A stretch of DNA of 64,000 nt, from positions 56,935 through 120,934 of the forward strand of contig CAWHZU010000023.1 of NCBI GenBank assembly GCA_963833885.1, given 5' to 3'. A model generated the notes under the pieces. The model saw nothing but the letters and a program-made list of their open reading frames with translations, made no database searches and was not told where the DNA came from. Positions 1 to 9,317 of this stretch are shown here, in pieces (the stretch's first letter is position 1; every line of letters begins with the position of its first letter). Origin of the DNA: an uncultured Actinomycetota bacterium. GTDB lineage: Bacteria > Actinomycetota > Actinomycetes > Streptosporangiales > Streptosporangiaceae. The position numbers and the translations under genes were made by a program.

Positions 1-25
1 CGCGGGAGCGGCTACACGAGAGCTG

Positions 26-1021
26 ATGGTGTCGCTGTGGTATCCGGCGACGCCGGGCGGCGGACGGCGAGCCTCGTACATGACGCCAGCGGAGTCCGAG
101 CTTCTGCTGGCCCACGCGGGCGTCACAGGCGTGCCGCCCGGCGCGCTGAGCACGGTCCGGACCAACGCGGTCAGCGACGCCCCGCCGGCCGGGCATCCGC
201 GCAGCCTCCCCGTCATCGTGCTCTCGCCCGGCTTCATCCACCCCCGCAGCGTCCTCACCGGCCTGGCCGAGGACCTGGCCAGCCACGGCTTCGTCGTCGC
301 CGGCGTTGACCACACCTATGAGAGCGTCGCCACGGCCTTTCCCGACGGGCGGGTCACGACCTGCCTGGCCCGCGAGGCACCCCGGCGCGGCAGGGGAGAG
401 AAGATCGTGGCCGGCCGCGCCGCCGACGTCGGCTTCGTCCTCGGCCAGCTAACCGGCGCGCACCCCGCATGGCCGGGCGGCGAGCTGATCGACCCGTCCC
501 GGATGGCGATGGCCGGCCACTCCATCGGGGGCGCCGCCGCCATCGCGACTATGCTCGCCGACTCGCGCATCCGCGCCGGCATCGACATGGACGGTGCCAC
601 CACACGCCCGATCCCCGGCCACGGCCTTTCCCGGCCATTTCTGTTCCTGGGCAAGCAATCCAACTACACCCCGGGAAGCCCGGGCGCCGTGATGACCTCG
701 CAGCGTCGCCGGAAACCTGGTGCCGTGACCACCTGGGAGCACGACTGGGAACTCATGACCGGCTGGAAGCGGTGGCTCGTGGTGGCCGGCGCCGTGCACG
801 CGTCCTTCACCGACCTCGCGCTCCTGGCCGATCAGATCGGCATCGACATCGACATCGATGCCGATCTTTCCGGAGCCCGGTCCCTGGACATCACCCGCGC
901 CTACGTCCGGGCCTTCTTCGACCACCACCTGCGTGGCGGCCCGCAAACCCTGCTGGACCAGCCGTCGCCGCTCTACCCCGAGGTCACGTTCTGTTCCCCG
1001 CAGGCTCAAAGCCGCGCGTAG
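26..1021 (+). CDS. Secreted alpha/beta hydrolase, PAF-acetylhydrolase/lipase-like
   Basis: GHSIGG nucleophile-elbow motif. LSPGF/ASHGFVVAGVDH core typical of Streptomyces-type lipases. The reading frame stays open to window position 2, so the true start may lie upstream (5' partial). Confidence 0.7.
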   Translation: MVSLWYPATPGGGRRASYMTPAESELLLAHAGVTGVPPGALSTVRTNAVSDAPPAGHPRSLPVIVLSPGFIHPRSVLTGLAEDLASHGFVVAGVDHTYESVATAFPDGRVTTCLAREAPRRGRGEKIVAGRAADVGFVLGQLTGAHPAWPGGELIDPSRMAMAGHSIGGAAAIATMLADSRIRAGIDMDGATTRPIPGHGLSRPFLFLGKQSNYTPGSPGAVMTSQRRRKPGAVTTWEHDWELMTGWKRWLVVAGAVHASFTDLALLADQIGIDIDIDADLSGARSLDITRAYVRAFFDHHLRGGPQTLLDQPSPLYPEVTFCSPQAQSRA

Positions 1022-1111
1022 CACATCGCATAGCGATTTAGATACAACGATCATGGTCGGCGCTAATCCGTTGGCGCGACCGGTGTTTGTTTCACTAGAT
1101 CATCTGGCACT

Positions 1112-1835
1112 TCAGTGTCCGGCCGCGCCTGCTGGCAGGCTCGGCTCGAGTGTGTACTCCGGCGGCAGGTCTGTGGCCAGGACGCCCAGATCTTCCATCG
1201 CTACGCTGGCAAGCTGTTCCCGGTCCCAGGTCAGGACGCCGCTCCGCAGGTCGCCGAGCACGCCGTCGATCCAGGCAAGCTCGGCGGCGGTGACCGCGCG
1301 CCGGTACTCATCGTCCAGCAGCGTCACCCGCGGCAGGCTGGCCGACAGGTTCTCCAGGTCCCGCTCGATCCTGGCCAGGTCCTCGCGGAGCACGGCCGCC
1401 CTTTGCTCGAGCCCGGCCTGGAGCTGGCCGGGCGCCAGCAGCATCGCAAACGAGAGCGCCGCCGGGAACTGCGGGAACTCGTTGCGGACGGTGACCAGCA
1501 TGCTGGCCAGCCACACCGGCGTTTGCCGCGGCCGTCCTCGGTCAGCTCGTAGACGGTCCCTCGGGGTACTGCTGATCACGTTCGGTCTGCCGCACCGCGA
1601 TCAGTCCGGCCTCGTGCAGCCGCTTGATCGTCTTGTACAGGTTCTCGCGCTGCCCCACGTTGACGACCTGGTCCTTGCCCCAGTGCTTGATCAGGCGCTG
1701 GATGCCGTACGGATGCAGCGGCCCGGGAACCAGCATGCTCAGCACGGCCAGCGCCAGCGGCGACGGGCGGTACGACGGGTCCACGGCGCCCAGCCTAGTC
1801 GCCCGACAACTAGTAACCAGGGAACGCGTCGCCAC
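1112..1835 (-). pseudogene. PadR-family transcriptional regulator, frameshifted
   Basis: N-terminal PadR wHTH (LALAVLSMLVPGPLHPYGIQRLIKHWG...NLYKTIKRLHEAGLI) is in ORF 1542-1835. The PadR C-terminal domain continues in a different frame (ORF 1112-1579). A third frame reads RGTVYELTEDGR across the junction near 1545-1580, so at least one indel is present. Confidence 0.55.
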
Positions 1836-1945
1836 ATGGCGGCGGAATCGGCCAGGTCCGCGGGATCACTGGCACAACGATCTCCATAGTCTCTGAACAA
1901 CTAGTTATGAGTTGACTATGAACTAGTTGCCAGTTTACTATGCCA
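1807..1945. promoter_or_regulatory. Divergent promoter/operator region with three ACTAGT-core palindromes (AACTAGTT) between padR and the drrA-like gene
   Basis: CAACTAGTAAC at 1807-1818, and AACTAGTT at 1899-1906 and 1921-1928. TTGACT (1912-1917) and TACTAT (1937-1942) look like sigma70 hexamers flanking the last palindrome. GAGGGAAGGA RBS sits at 1982-1991 before the ATG at 1999. Confidence 0.4.
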
Positions 1946-1998
1946 CTCGAGATATGACGCGAACAGGTTCGCATCCGAACCGAGGGAAGGACCGCGAG

Positions 1999-2994
1999 AT
2001 GGCCACCCGAGACACGCCGTTGCTGGAGGCGTCCGACTTCACCGTGAGATTTGGCAAGGTCACCGCGCTCGATCGGGCTGGACCTCACCGCCCCGCAGGG
2101 GGAGGTGCTGGCGATCCTCGGGCCGAACGGGGCGGGCAAGACCACGTTCGTGCGCACAGTCGCCACGCTGCAGCGGCCGACCGGCGGCAGCCTGCGGGTG
2201 CGCGGCCATGACGTCGTGCGCGAGCCGGTCGCGGTCCGCCGGGACATCGGCCTGGCCGGCCAGTTCGCAGCCGTCGAGCCCACGATGACCGGGCGCGAGA
2301 ACCTGGAGATACCGCCCGGCTGTTCGGGCACGGCCGGCTTGCGGCGCGGCGGGCCGCAGCCGCGGTGATCGAACAGCTCGGCCTCGGCGAGGTGGCGGAC
2401 CGGCGGTCCGGTGGCTACTCCGGCGGCCAGCGCCGCCGGCTCGACCTGGGCGCGAGCCTCGTCGGCGCGCCGCGGCTGCTGCTGCTCGACGAGCCGACCA
2501 CCGGGCTGGACCCAGCGGGCAGGCTCGAGGTCTGGGACGCCGTGCGCGGTCTCGCCGCCGCGGGCACCGACATCCTGCTGACCACGCACTACCTCGACGA
2601 GGCCGACGAACTCGCCGATCACGTTGTCGTGATCGACCACGGCCGTGCCGTCGCCTCCGGCACCATCGGAGACCTCAAAGCGAGCGTCGGCCGCGACGTG
2701 ATCGAGGTGGCCGTGACCGACCCGGCCCGGATCGACGAGGCCGGCCAGATCGTCGAGCGAGTGACCGGGACCCAGCCTCGGCTCGACCGCGGCAGCCGCC
2801 GGGCCAGCGCCCCCGCTGCGGGCGGGACCGGGGAACTGGCCAGCGTGATCCGCAACCTGGACGACGCGGCGATCGGCGTCGACGAGATCGGGCTGCGGCG
2901 GCCCACGCTCGACGAGGTCTTCCTGGCGCTGACCGGCAGCGACGCGGCCGCGCCCGCCATCCAGCACGTCACGACGAACGGGAGCCCACGATGA
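1999..2994 (+). pseudogene. ABC-2 type transporter ATP-binding protein (DrrA-like), two frameshifts
   Basis: Walker A GPNGAGKTT, signature YSGGQRRRL and Walker B LLLLDEPTTGLD lie in three different frames (ORFs 1927-2211, 2051-2368, 2365-2994). Apparent +1 insertion near 2066-2068 (gatCgggctg) and -1 deletion near 2310 (gagat|acc where gagatgacc is expected). Confidence 0.7.
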
Positions 2995-3794
2995 CCGCCG
3001 ATACGATCGTCCACCCCAGCGCCTCCGCCAATCCCGCGATCACACGCCCAGCGGGCCCACCTGGACCGTTCCTGGTCTCTGTCGAGGTGGCGCGCCGGGC
3101 GCTGCGCAAGTACATCAGGACCCCCGGCCTGCGCGTCATGGGCGTGGCCACGTCCGGGCTGTTTCTGTTCTCGTTCAGTTCTTTTCGGCGGCGCCTACAG
3201 GGCGGGGCACCGGCGTACGCGGACTTCTTCGTGCCTGGTTACGTGCCACGATCGTGCTGTTCACCGCCGCGGGCATCGCCGTCGCCGTGGCCGAGGCCCG
3301 GACCAGCGGTTCACCGGGAGGCTGCTGTCGCTCCCGGTGCCCCGGCTGTCGATCGTGATCGGCCGTGCGCTCGCCGACGTCACGACCAACACGTGGTCGA
3401 TCGTGGTCACTGCCGCGTTCGGTTCCTGTTCGGGTTCCGGCTCGGCGGGACCGTGACCGACGGCCTGGCGGCGCTCGGGCTGTGCCTTCTATACGGCGTC
3501 GTGTTCACGATGGTGTTCATCGTCATCGGCCTGGTCTCACCGAACGGCCAGGCCGCCCAGGGGATGTCGATGATCGCGTTCGTCTTCGCGTTCATCTCCA
3601 GCACCAGGCCGGCGGGCACGATGCCCGGCTGGCTGCAGACGTTCGCCAAGTACCAGCCAATCACGCCGATGGTCAACGCGGTGCGCTCGCTGATCGCCGG
3701 GTCGACCAGCGACCTCGGCCTGGCCCTGGCCTGGTCGGCGCTGCTGATCGTCGTGTTCACGCCGATCGCGGTGCTGCGCTACCGCCGCGGCTGA
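2991..3794 (+). pseudogene. ABC-2 family permease (DrrB-like), multiple internal frameshifts
   Basis: Start overlaps the ATPase stop (ATGA). N-terminal and C-terminal membrane segments are in frame 0. Between 3180 and 3450 the conserved TIVLFTAAGIAVAVAE / FTGRLLSLPVPRLSIVIGRALADVTTNTWSIVVTAAFG segments fall in the two other frames, so at least 3-4 indels are present. Confidence 0.55.
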
Positions 3795-3806
3795 CCGGGG
3801 CCGCGC

Positions 3807-4709
3807 TCAGATCGACCCGGCCGCCGCCCTGACTCCGGCCGAGTTGCAGACGCTGGCGGGCTGGCCGTGGGTCAGCTTGCAGATCGCCGCGGTGATCATG
3901 TTCGCCGCGCCGTCGATGTCCCTGGCGACCGGGCTGGACGGATCCCGCATCGCCGCAGCCACCTGAGCCCAGGTCATGTTGGCCAGGGCCGACGGCAGGT
4001 ACTGCACACCCGACACGACGTACCGGTTGCCGATGTCGACGAACGGGAACCCGCCGCCGGCGTACCTGTTGAACAGGGCGGCCTGCCCCGTCGTGGGCCG
4101 CTGCAGGTAGGCGTAGCCGGTCGGGGTCGCCGAATCCGTCTTCTCGCTGTACCACTCGACCGGGACGAAGGCCACGTACTTGCTGGCGTAGCTGGACTTG
4201 TAGAACGACATCGTCGGCGTGCTCGGGTAGACGTCGGTGGGCGATGAGTGGATGAATTTCGTGCCGGACAGCACGCCGAACCTGTCGAGTGCGGCGGCTA
4301 CCGCCCATCGCTCGGCGGCGCAGTACGGACAGTACTCGCCGCCCATGTAGAGCACTTCCGGCTTGCCGTCCAGGGTCAGCTCCGGCTCGCCGCTGATCGC
4401 CTTCAGGCGGGTGGCCGTGCCCGCGCCCACCGTGTTGAACGTGGCGGCCGGGATGCCGGATATCGCCTGCTCGACGGCGGCGTCGGTCGCCGCCGGGACC
4501 GCGCGTTCGGGTGAGCGGGCCAGCTTGACCGCGATGAGCGCTGCCACCACGGCGAGCACGACCGTGATGGCGCCGCCAACGGTCAGGGCCCGGCGGCGTA
4601 CCTCGGCACGCCGCGCCGCAGCCCGCTGCGCTGCAACTCTTTCCCTGGCCTGCTGGGCAGCCGCCTTCCCCCTGGCGCTCTGCGCCTGCTTCCGCGTGCC
4701 CTTGCTCAT
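3807..4709 (-). CDS. Membrane-anchored thioredoxin-fold protein, DUF929-like (CPYC motif)
   Basis: N-terminal Lys/Arg-rich segment plus a single TM helix. Conserved GGEYCPYCAAERW motif. Family assignment is from memory. Confidence 0.55.
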   Translation of the reverse strand: MSKGTRKQAQSARGKAAAQQARERVAAQRAAARRAEVRRRALTVGGAITVVLAVVAALIAVKLARSPERAVPAATDAAVEQAISGIPAATFNTVGAGTATRLKAISGEPELTLDGKPEVLYMGGEYCPYCAAERWAVAAALDRFGVLSGTKFIHSSPTDVYPSTPTMSFYKSSYASKYVAFVPVEWYSEKTDSATPTGYAYLQRPTTGQAALFNRYAGGGFPFVDIGNRYVVSGVQYLPSALANMTWAQVAAAMRDPSSPVARDIDGAANMITAAICKLTHGQPASVCNSAGVRAAAGSI

Positions 4710-4850
4710 CGCCGCGACCGCCCTTCCGGTTGCTGATCAGCACTGCAACATTTACTATCTACTACGTACGTACACAGATAGTAGATGGTTCCCGAGCGGC
4801 TGGGGAACCGGCCAGGGCCCATATCCTGGCGGCGAGGACCGGGAGGCGAG

Positions 4851-5219
4851 ATGCGCGGATTCGGTGACCTGGAAGCGGTGATCATGCACCGGGTGTGGGA
4901 TCACGACGGCCCGGTCACCGTGCGGGAGCTCTTCGACGAACTGGCCCGCGAGCGCGCCATCGCCTACACGACGGTGATGACCACGATGGACAACCTGCAC
5001 CGCAAGGGCTGGCTGGCCAGGGTCAAAGAGGGCAAGGCCTACCGGTACACGGCGACCGCGAGCCGCGACGAGTACAGCGCGCGCCTGATGCGGGAGGCGC
5101 TGGACAGCGGCGGGGACACCCAGGCCGTGCTGAGCCACTTCGTCGCCCAGATGGACGGCGAGGAATCCGAGATGCTGCGCGCGGTGGTGCGCCGCCTGGC
5201 CGAGCGGCGGCCGCAGTGA
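4851..5219 (+). CDS. BlaI/MecI/CopY-family transcriptional repressor
   Basis: Penicillinase-repressor wHTH (LGDLEAVIMHRVWDHDGPVTVRELFDEL...AYTTVMTTMDNLHRKGWL). GGGAGG RBS at 4841-4846 precedes ATG 4851. ORF 4785 is N-terminally extended. Confidence 0.85.
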   Translation: MRGFGDLEAVIMHRVWDHDGPVTVRELFDELARERAIAYTTVMTTMDNLHRKGWLARVKEGKAYRYTATASRDEYSARLMREALDSGGDTQAVLSHFVAQMDGEESEMLRAVVRRLAERRPQ

Positions 5220-6148
5220 CCACGGCGGCGCTGCTGTTCGGCTACGCCGTGGCCGTTGCCTGCTGGGCGCCGGCGCTGCTCGGCCGGCTCACCGCAGGCG
5301 GCATCAGCGCCCGGCTCGGGCTGGCGGCGTGGCTGACCGCGATGGCGAGCGCGCTAGCCGCGGCAGCGGTCGCGCTCCAGTACCTGGCCAGGGCCGCGGT
5401 CACCGGCTGGAGCCGCCTGACCGAGGTGGTGTGCCGCTCGGTCTCCGGGCACGCGTGCACCGCAACCGGGTACCAGGGCGCGGCCGTGGAGTTCGCGCTT
5501 GGGGCGGCCGCGATCGTCGCCGGACTGGCCGCGGCGGTGCTGGCCTGGCGTTACGGGCGCAGCGTGCAGCGGGCCCAGCGGCAGACCCGCGCGCACGCCG
5601 ACGTCGCGCGCATCACCGGCCGCAGGCTGCCCGGCAACGACGACGCCGTGGTTCTCGACGCCGCGCAGCCGGTCGCGTACTGCCTGCCCGGCCGACCCGC
5701 CACGATCGTGGTCAGCAGCGGCGCCCTTGCCGTGCTCGACCAGGGACAGCTCGCCGCCGTGCTCGCGCACGAGCGGGCGCACCTGGCCAGCCGCCACCAC
5801 CTGCTGATCGCGGTCACCCGGGGCCTCACCGCGGCCTTTCGCGCGGTGCCGCTGTTCGCCCGCGGAGCCGAGCACGTCGCCCGGCTGGCCGAGATGTGCG
5901 CCGACGACGCCGCGGCCCGCCGCAGCGGCCGGGGGACGCTCGCCGCGGCGCTGCTGACGATGGCCACGGGCGCGGCGGTGCCGGCCCACGCACTTGGCGC
6001 TTCCGCATGCGCGGTCACTGCGCGGCTGCAACGCCTGGTCGACGATCCCGGGCCCGCCCGCCGCGTCCGCTACGGCCTGACGCTGGCGGCCGTGACGGTC
6101 CTGCTGGCCCTGGCGCCCGCGCTGGTCACCGGCTTCGCCGGCCGCTAG
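5216..6148 (+). CDS. M56-family membrane metallopeptidase (BlaR1-like, no sensor domain)
   Basis: GTG start overlaps the blaI-like stop (GTGA). Four predicted TM helices. HEXXH motif (LAHERAHLASRHH). ORF 4895-6148 is overextended upstream into the regulator gene. Confidence 0.8.
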   Translation: MTTAALLFGYAVAVACWAPALLGRLTAGGISARLGLAAWLTAMASALAAAAVALQYLARAAVTGWSRLTEVVCRSVSGHACTATGYQGAAVEFALGAAAIVAGLAAAVLAWRYGRSVQRAQRQTRAHADVARITGRRLPGNDDAVVLDAAQPVAYCLPGRPATIVVSSGALAVLDQGQLAAVLAHERAHLASRHHLLIAVTRGLTAAFRAVPLFARGAEHVARLAEMCADDAAARRSGRGTLAAALLTMATGAAVPAHALGASACAVTARLQRLVDDPGPARRVRYGLTLAAVTVLLALAPALVTGFAGR

Positions 6149-6191
6149 CCGGATACCTTCTGGCAGATCCGGGGCTGCGCTGGTGGCGCGG

Positions 6192-6419
6192 TCAGAGGAG
6201 CTTCCGAAGCTCATCCGCGGTCATGTCGACGATAGACAGAATGTTCCGTAAAGTGCCCTTAGGCATGTCATGGCCGGCATGAACTGGTACGACGACCGAA
6301 CGGCCGTCAGGGTGACGCATTACATGATGGCTGCCGCTGACTCTCGCGACTGTGAATCCGGCGCGTTCTAACGCTTTGACTATCCGCGCTCCTGGTACTG
6401 CTGGGATGGCGCCAGGCAT
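6192..6419 (-). CDS. hicA: Type II toxin HicA (YcfA family)
   Basis: 75 aa; KALERAGFTVARVSGSHHVMRHPDGRSVVVPVHAGHDMPKGTLRNIL is a typical HicA RNA-binding fold with conserved His. Confidence 0.85.
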   Translation of the reverse strand: MPGAIPAVPGARIVKALERAGFTVARVSGSHHVMRHPDGRSVVVPVHAGHDMPKGTLRNILSIVDMTADELRKLL

Positions 6420-6628
6420 CAGGCCACGTCGAGGGTGAGTGTCAGCTCATCCGGCGGACCGACCTCAGCAAGCAAGACTTCTAGAGCCTCCCGCAGGTCC
6501 GCGATCGCAGCTTCCTGCGTTGGCCCGTCGCCGACCGCACCGACACCTGGGCCAAGCTGCGCAGCCGCACACCAGATGCCGTCCTCATCCTGCTCGACGG
6601 CGTAAGGCACGTGGACAACCCTGGTCAC
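6419..6628 (-). CDS. hicB: Antitoxin HicB (UPF0150 family)
   Basis: 69 aa, upstream of hicA with a 1-nt ATGA overlap. HicB-like N-terminal domain. Confidence 0.75.
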   Translation of the reverse strand: MTRVVHVPYAVEQDEDGIWCAAAQLGPGVGAVGDGPTQEAAIADLREALEVLLAEVGPPDELTLTLDVA

Positions 6629-6668
6629 GACATTGATTGTTGCACAACCCGCGGACAGTCGACTGCGC

Positions 6669-7292
6669 TCAGTAGGCGACGGCAGGGGCGTCGTGCAGCC
6701 AGGTGTTTTCGGTCAGCGCGGCGGCGATGAAGTGGGCGACGTCGGCGCGGGCGATCGTCCGGCCATGCGGCGGCGGGAAGCCGGGGCTGACCCGGTAGCG
6801 GCCGGTGCCGGGCCGGTTGACCAGCCGGGTCGGCCGGACGATGGTCCAGTCCAGCCCGGACTCCCTGACCACGTTCTCCATCTCGCGCACGTCAGCGAAC
6901 TGCTTCGCGAACACCCGCGGCACGATCACCTTGAGCAGCCAGCCGGTGTTCGGGTCGCCGGTGATGTAGGCGCCGGCGGCGGACACGCAGACCAGCCGGC
7001 GGGCCCCGGTCTTGTCCATCGCGGCTACGACGTTCGCCGCCGCTCCGGCCAGCAGCGACTGCGACTTCGCGCCGCGCGGGCCGAGCGCGGAGACCACCGC
7101 GTCCGAGCCGGCGATCGTCTCGGTCACCGCGGCGGCGTCCAGCGCGTCGCCGCGGATGACCGTCAGGCCGCCCCGGGGCGGCAGCGCCCCGGGACTGCGC
7201 GCCAGCGCGCGCACCGGGTGGCCGGCATCCAGCGCCCAGCTGAGCACGTGGCCGCCGATGCCCCCGGTGCCGCCCAGGACGGCGATCTGCAT
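6669..7292 (-). CDS. NAD(P)H-binding oxidoreductase (NmrA/BVR-B-like Rossmann protein)
   Basis: Internal start MQIAVLGGTGGIGGHV carries a glycine-rich dinucleotide-binding motif. The 372 aa ORF 6669-7787 has an Arg-rich upstream extension that looks non-coding. Confidence 0.8.
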   Translation of the reverse strand: MQIAVLGGTGGIGGHVLSWALDAGHPVRALARSPGALPPRGGLTVIRGDALDAAAVTETIAGSDAVVSALGPRGAKSQSLLAGAAANVVAAMDKTGARRLVCVSAAGAYITGDPNTGWLLKVIVPRVFAKQFADVREMENVVRESGLDWTIVRPTRLVNRPGTGRYRVSPGFPPPHGRTIARADVAHFIAAALTENTWLHDAPAVAY

Positions 7293-7300
7293 GCCGGTCC

Positions 7301-7963
7301 CTACCACCGGCTGACCTTGGCGTAGCGGGGGCGCCACGCCAGCCGGTACACCAGGCGCAGCGGCGGCGGGAGCTCGGCCAGCACCGCGGTTACCTCGTCG
7401 GCGGGGATGCCGTCGAGCATCCAGGCGAAGAACTCGGAGCTGCCGGAGAGCCCGTTCTCCCGGCCGAGCCGCGTCCCGACCGCGCGCCACTCCCCTGCCG
7501 TGAGCGCGGTCCCGATCAGCGGCAGCGCGTCGCGCTCCTCGTGCGCCAGGTGGCCGTGCAGGGTGGTGACGAGCTCGTCGACGGCGCCGCCCAGGTCGCC
7601 TGCGGGATCGGCGAACGCTCCGTCGACGGCCTCGAGCAGCGGGTCGACCCTGGCGTGCTCCTCCTCCATGGCCGCCAGCGTGGACATGGCGCTTTCGCTG
7701 TGCGCCAGGCGGTCGGCCAGCCTGGGCCAGATGTGCCGGTCCTCGCCGGTGTGGTGGAAGTGCAGCTGGCGCTTGAACACCAGCCACCCCCGGCCGACCT
7801 GCTCGCGGCGCCGCGGGTCAGCGCGGTCCGCGGCGGACGCCGCCCGGGCCAGGCTGACCAGGTCGCGGCGGAACGCGTCGTGCGCCGCGAGCATGACGGT
7901 GAGGTCGGCGTCCCCGGTGCCGTGCCGGGCGGCGTCGGTTCCCGGAAGCTGGTGCGTGGTCAT
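7301..7963 (-). CDS. Hemerythrin HHE cation-binding domain protein
   Basis: 220 aa from MTTHQLPG, with conserved His/Glu spacing (HDAFRRD...HFHHTGEDRH...EEEH...HLAHEE). Start ATGA-overlaps the stop of the upstream small gene. Confidence 0.75.
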   Translation of the reverse strand: MTTHQLPGTDAARHGTGDADLTVMLAAHDAFRRDLVSLARAASAADRADPRRREQVGRGWLVFKRQLHFHHTGEDRHIWPRLADRLAHSESAMSTLAAMEEEHARVDPLLEAVDGAFADPAGDLGGAVDELVTTLHGHLAHEERDALPLIGTALTAGEWRAVGTRLGRENGLSGSSEFFAWMLDGIPADEVTAVLAELPPPLRLVYRLAWRPRYAKVSRW

Positions 7964-8437
7964 CGTGGTTCTCCGTTCTGGTCGGCGGACCGCATCTGGC
8001 GTGCCCGCTCGGTCACGGCTTGCAGGGTCCGGATCGTGGTCTCGATGTCGCTGGCGTCGAAGGGCGCGACCAGCTCGGCGCCCAGCCGCCCGGCGGACCG
8101 GCGGAGCCGGTCTTGAGCGCCGCACCAGCGGCGGTGAGCTCGACCACACCGCCGTGGCGCCGCGTTCAAGGTCAGAATGAGACGGCGGTCGCAGCGAATC
8201 CAGCGCCGCCGCCGAGTGCTCATCGAGGGCGAGCGCATCGCTCAGGTCGAGGACGAACGTCTCCGTGGCGGGCGCGCCGCCGAGGAAGGACAGCCGCTGC
8301 AGGGCGAGGTAGGTCTCCCGCGGCGTCCCGGTCTCCGCGAGCACGCCCGCGAGCAGCCTGGTGAGCTCCGTCTCGGCGATGCCTACCGCCTGGCCGATGG
8401 TCGCGGGCGGGCGCACCGTCGTCTGGGTCTCGGTCAT
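7960..8437 (-). pseudogene. Small hypothetical protein, apparently frameshifted
   Basis: Plausible N-terminus MTETQTTVRPPATIGQAVGIAETELTRLLAGVLAETGTPRETYLALQRL, with GAAGGGA RBS, runs in the hemerythrin ORF frame. Plausible C-terminus ...LGAELVAPFDASDIETTIRTLQAVTERARQMRSADQNGEPR is in another frame (ORF 7960-8238) and ends with an ATGA overlap. Arg-rich junk in between implies an indel near 8150-8250. Confidence 0.35.
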
Positions 8438-8659
8438 TGGGTCACGATCCCTTCGGCTAGGGCTGGCACGGTTTCCGCAGCTGCCGGTTGCTCGGCCGCA
8501 CGGCGGGCTCCGCGGGGCAGCGCCAGCATCAACAGGAAGGCCAGCGGGAACACGCCGACCTGGAACCACAGCGGCGCAGCGGGCAACGCCTCGTCCGGCT
8601 CCCCGAGGTGCCAGGATCTGAGCGTCCGATGTCATGTCCGGTCTCCGCTTCTTGGGAGG

Positions 8660-8738
8660 TAATCACCCTTACACTCTTGGTAACTTAACATCTTGCTACG
8701 CTATTGTCTAGGTAGCTTAATAAATAGGGAGCTTAAGC
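8660..8738 (+). promoter_or_regulatory. AT-rich (about 40% GC) promoter/operator region upstream of marR, with three GGTARCTTAA direct repeats
   Basis: GGTAACTTAAC at 8679-8689, GGTAGCTTAAT at 8711-8721 and GGAGCTTAAGC at 8728-8738. The last contains the perfect palindrome GCTTAAGC immediately 5' of the ATG. Confidence 0.4.
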
Positions 8739-9293
8739 ATGTCCGAGGAAGGGCCAGAGCGGCCAGGCGCCAGCCAGCATGACTGGGACATGCCGTGGAT
8801 CGAGGCCATCGGCGCCGGGCCGCCGGAGCGCAAGCAGCTGGCCGCCGCGTTCGGCGAGGGGTTCCGCAAGACGAGCTCGCTGATGCAGCTCCTCGGCCAG
8901 GCCGCGGCCGACCGGATCGGCCTCAACGCCACGGACCTGAACTGCCTGAACATCCTCAGCTTCAGCGGCGAGCTGACAGCCGGGGAACTGGCCAGGGCGA
9001 CCGGGCTCAGCACGGCCTCCATTACCGGGGTGGCCGACCGGCTGGAGGAAGCCGGCTACGTCCGCAGGGAACGCACCCCGAAGGACCGCCGCCGGGTGGT
9101 GATCCGCCTGGTGCTGGAGCGGGCGCTGCAGGACGTCGCGCCGGTCTTCCTGCCGCTGGTGCTGGGCTGGCAGGCGGTCGTGACCCGGTACACCGACGAC
9201 GAGCTGCGGCTGATCGTGGAGTTCTACGGGCAGATGGAGCAGGTCATCCGGGAGCACCTGGCCCGGCTGCGCGGCCCGGCCGAGCCCGGCTGA
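8739..9293 (+). CDS. MarR-family transcriptional regulator
   Basis: wHTH core DLNCLNILSFSGELTAGELARATGLSTASITGVADRLEEAGYVRRERTPKDRRRVVI, 184 aa. Confidence 0.85.
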   Translation: MSEEGPERPGASQHDWDMPWIEAIGAGPPERKQLAAAFGEGFRKTSSLMQLLGQAAADRIGLNATDLNCLNILSFSGELTAGELARATGLSTASITGVADRLEEAGYVRRERTPKDRRRVVIRLVLERALQDVAPVFLPLVLGWQAVVTRYTDDELRLIVEFYGQMEQVIREHLARLRGPAEPG

Positions 9294-9317
9294 CCGGAGC
9301 GCCAGGCAAGGTCACTG

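Noticed and set aside
5329-6282. Multiple 150-320 aa overlapping ORFs inside the BlaR1-like gene on both strands
   Set aside because: They are alternative frames of a confidently assigned M56 peptidase gene. The translations are Arg/Gly-rich.
6669-7787. Long N-terminal extensions of several ORFs (6669-7787, 7301-8635, 14069-15355, 30564-31313, 52508-53392, 54183-56033, 51134-52501)
   Set aside because: The upstream portions are Arg/Gly/Pro-rich with no domain signal, which is typical of open wrong-context frames in high-GC DNA. Internal starts with RBS-like purine tracts or operon overlaps were chosen instead.
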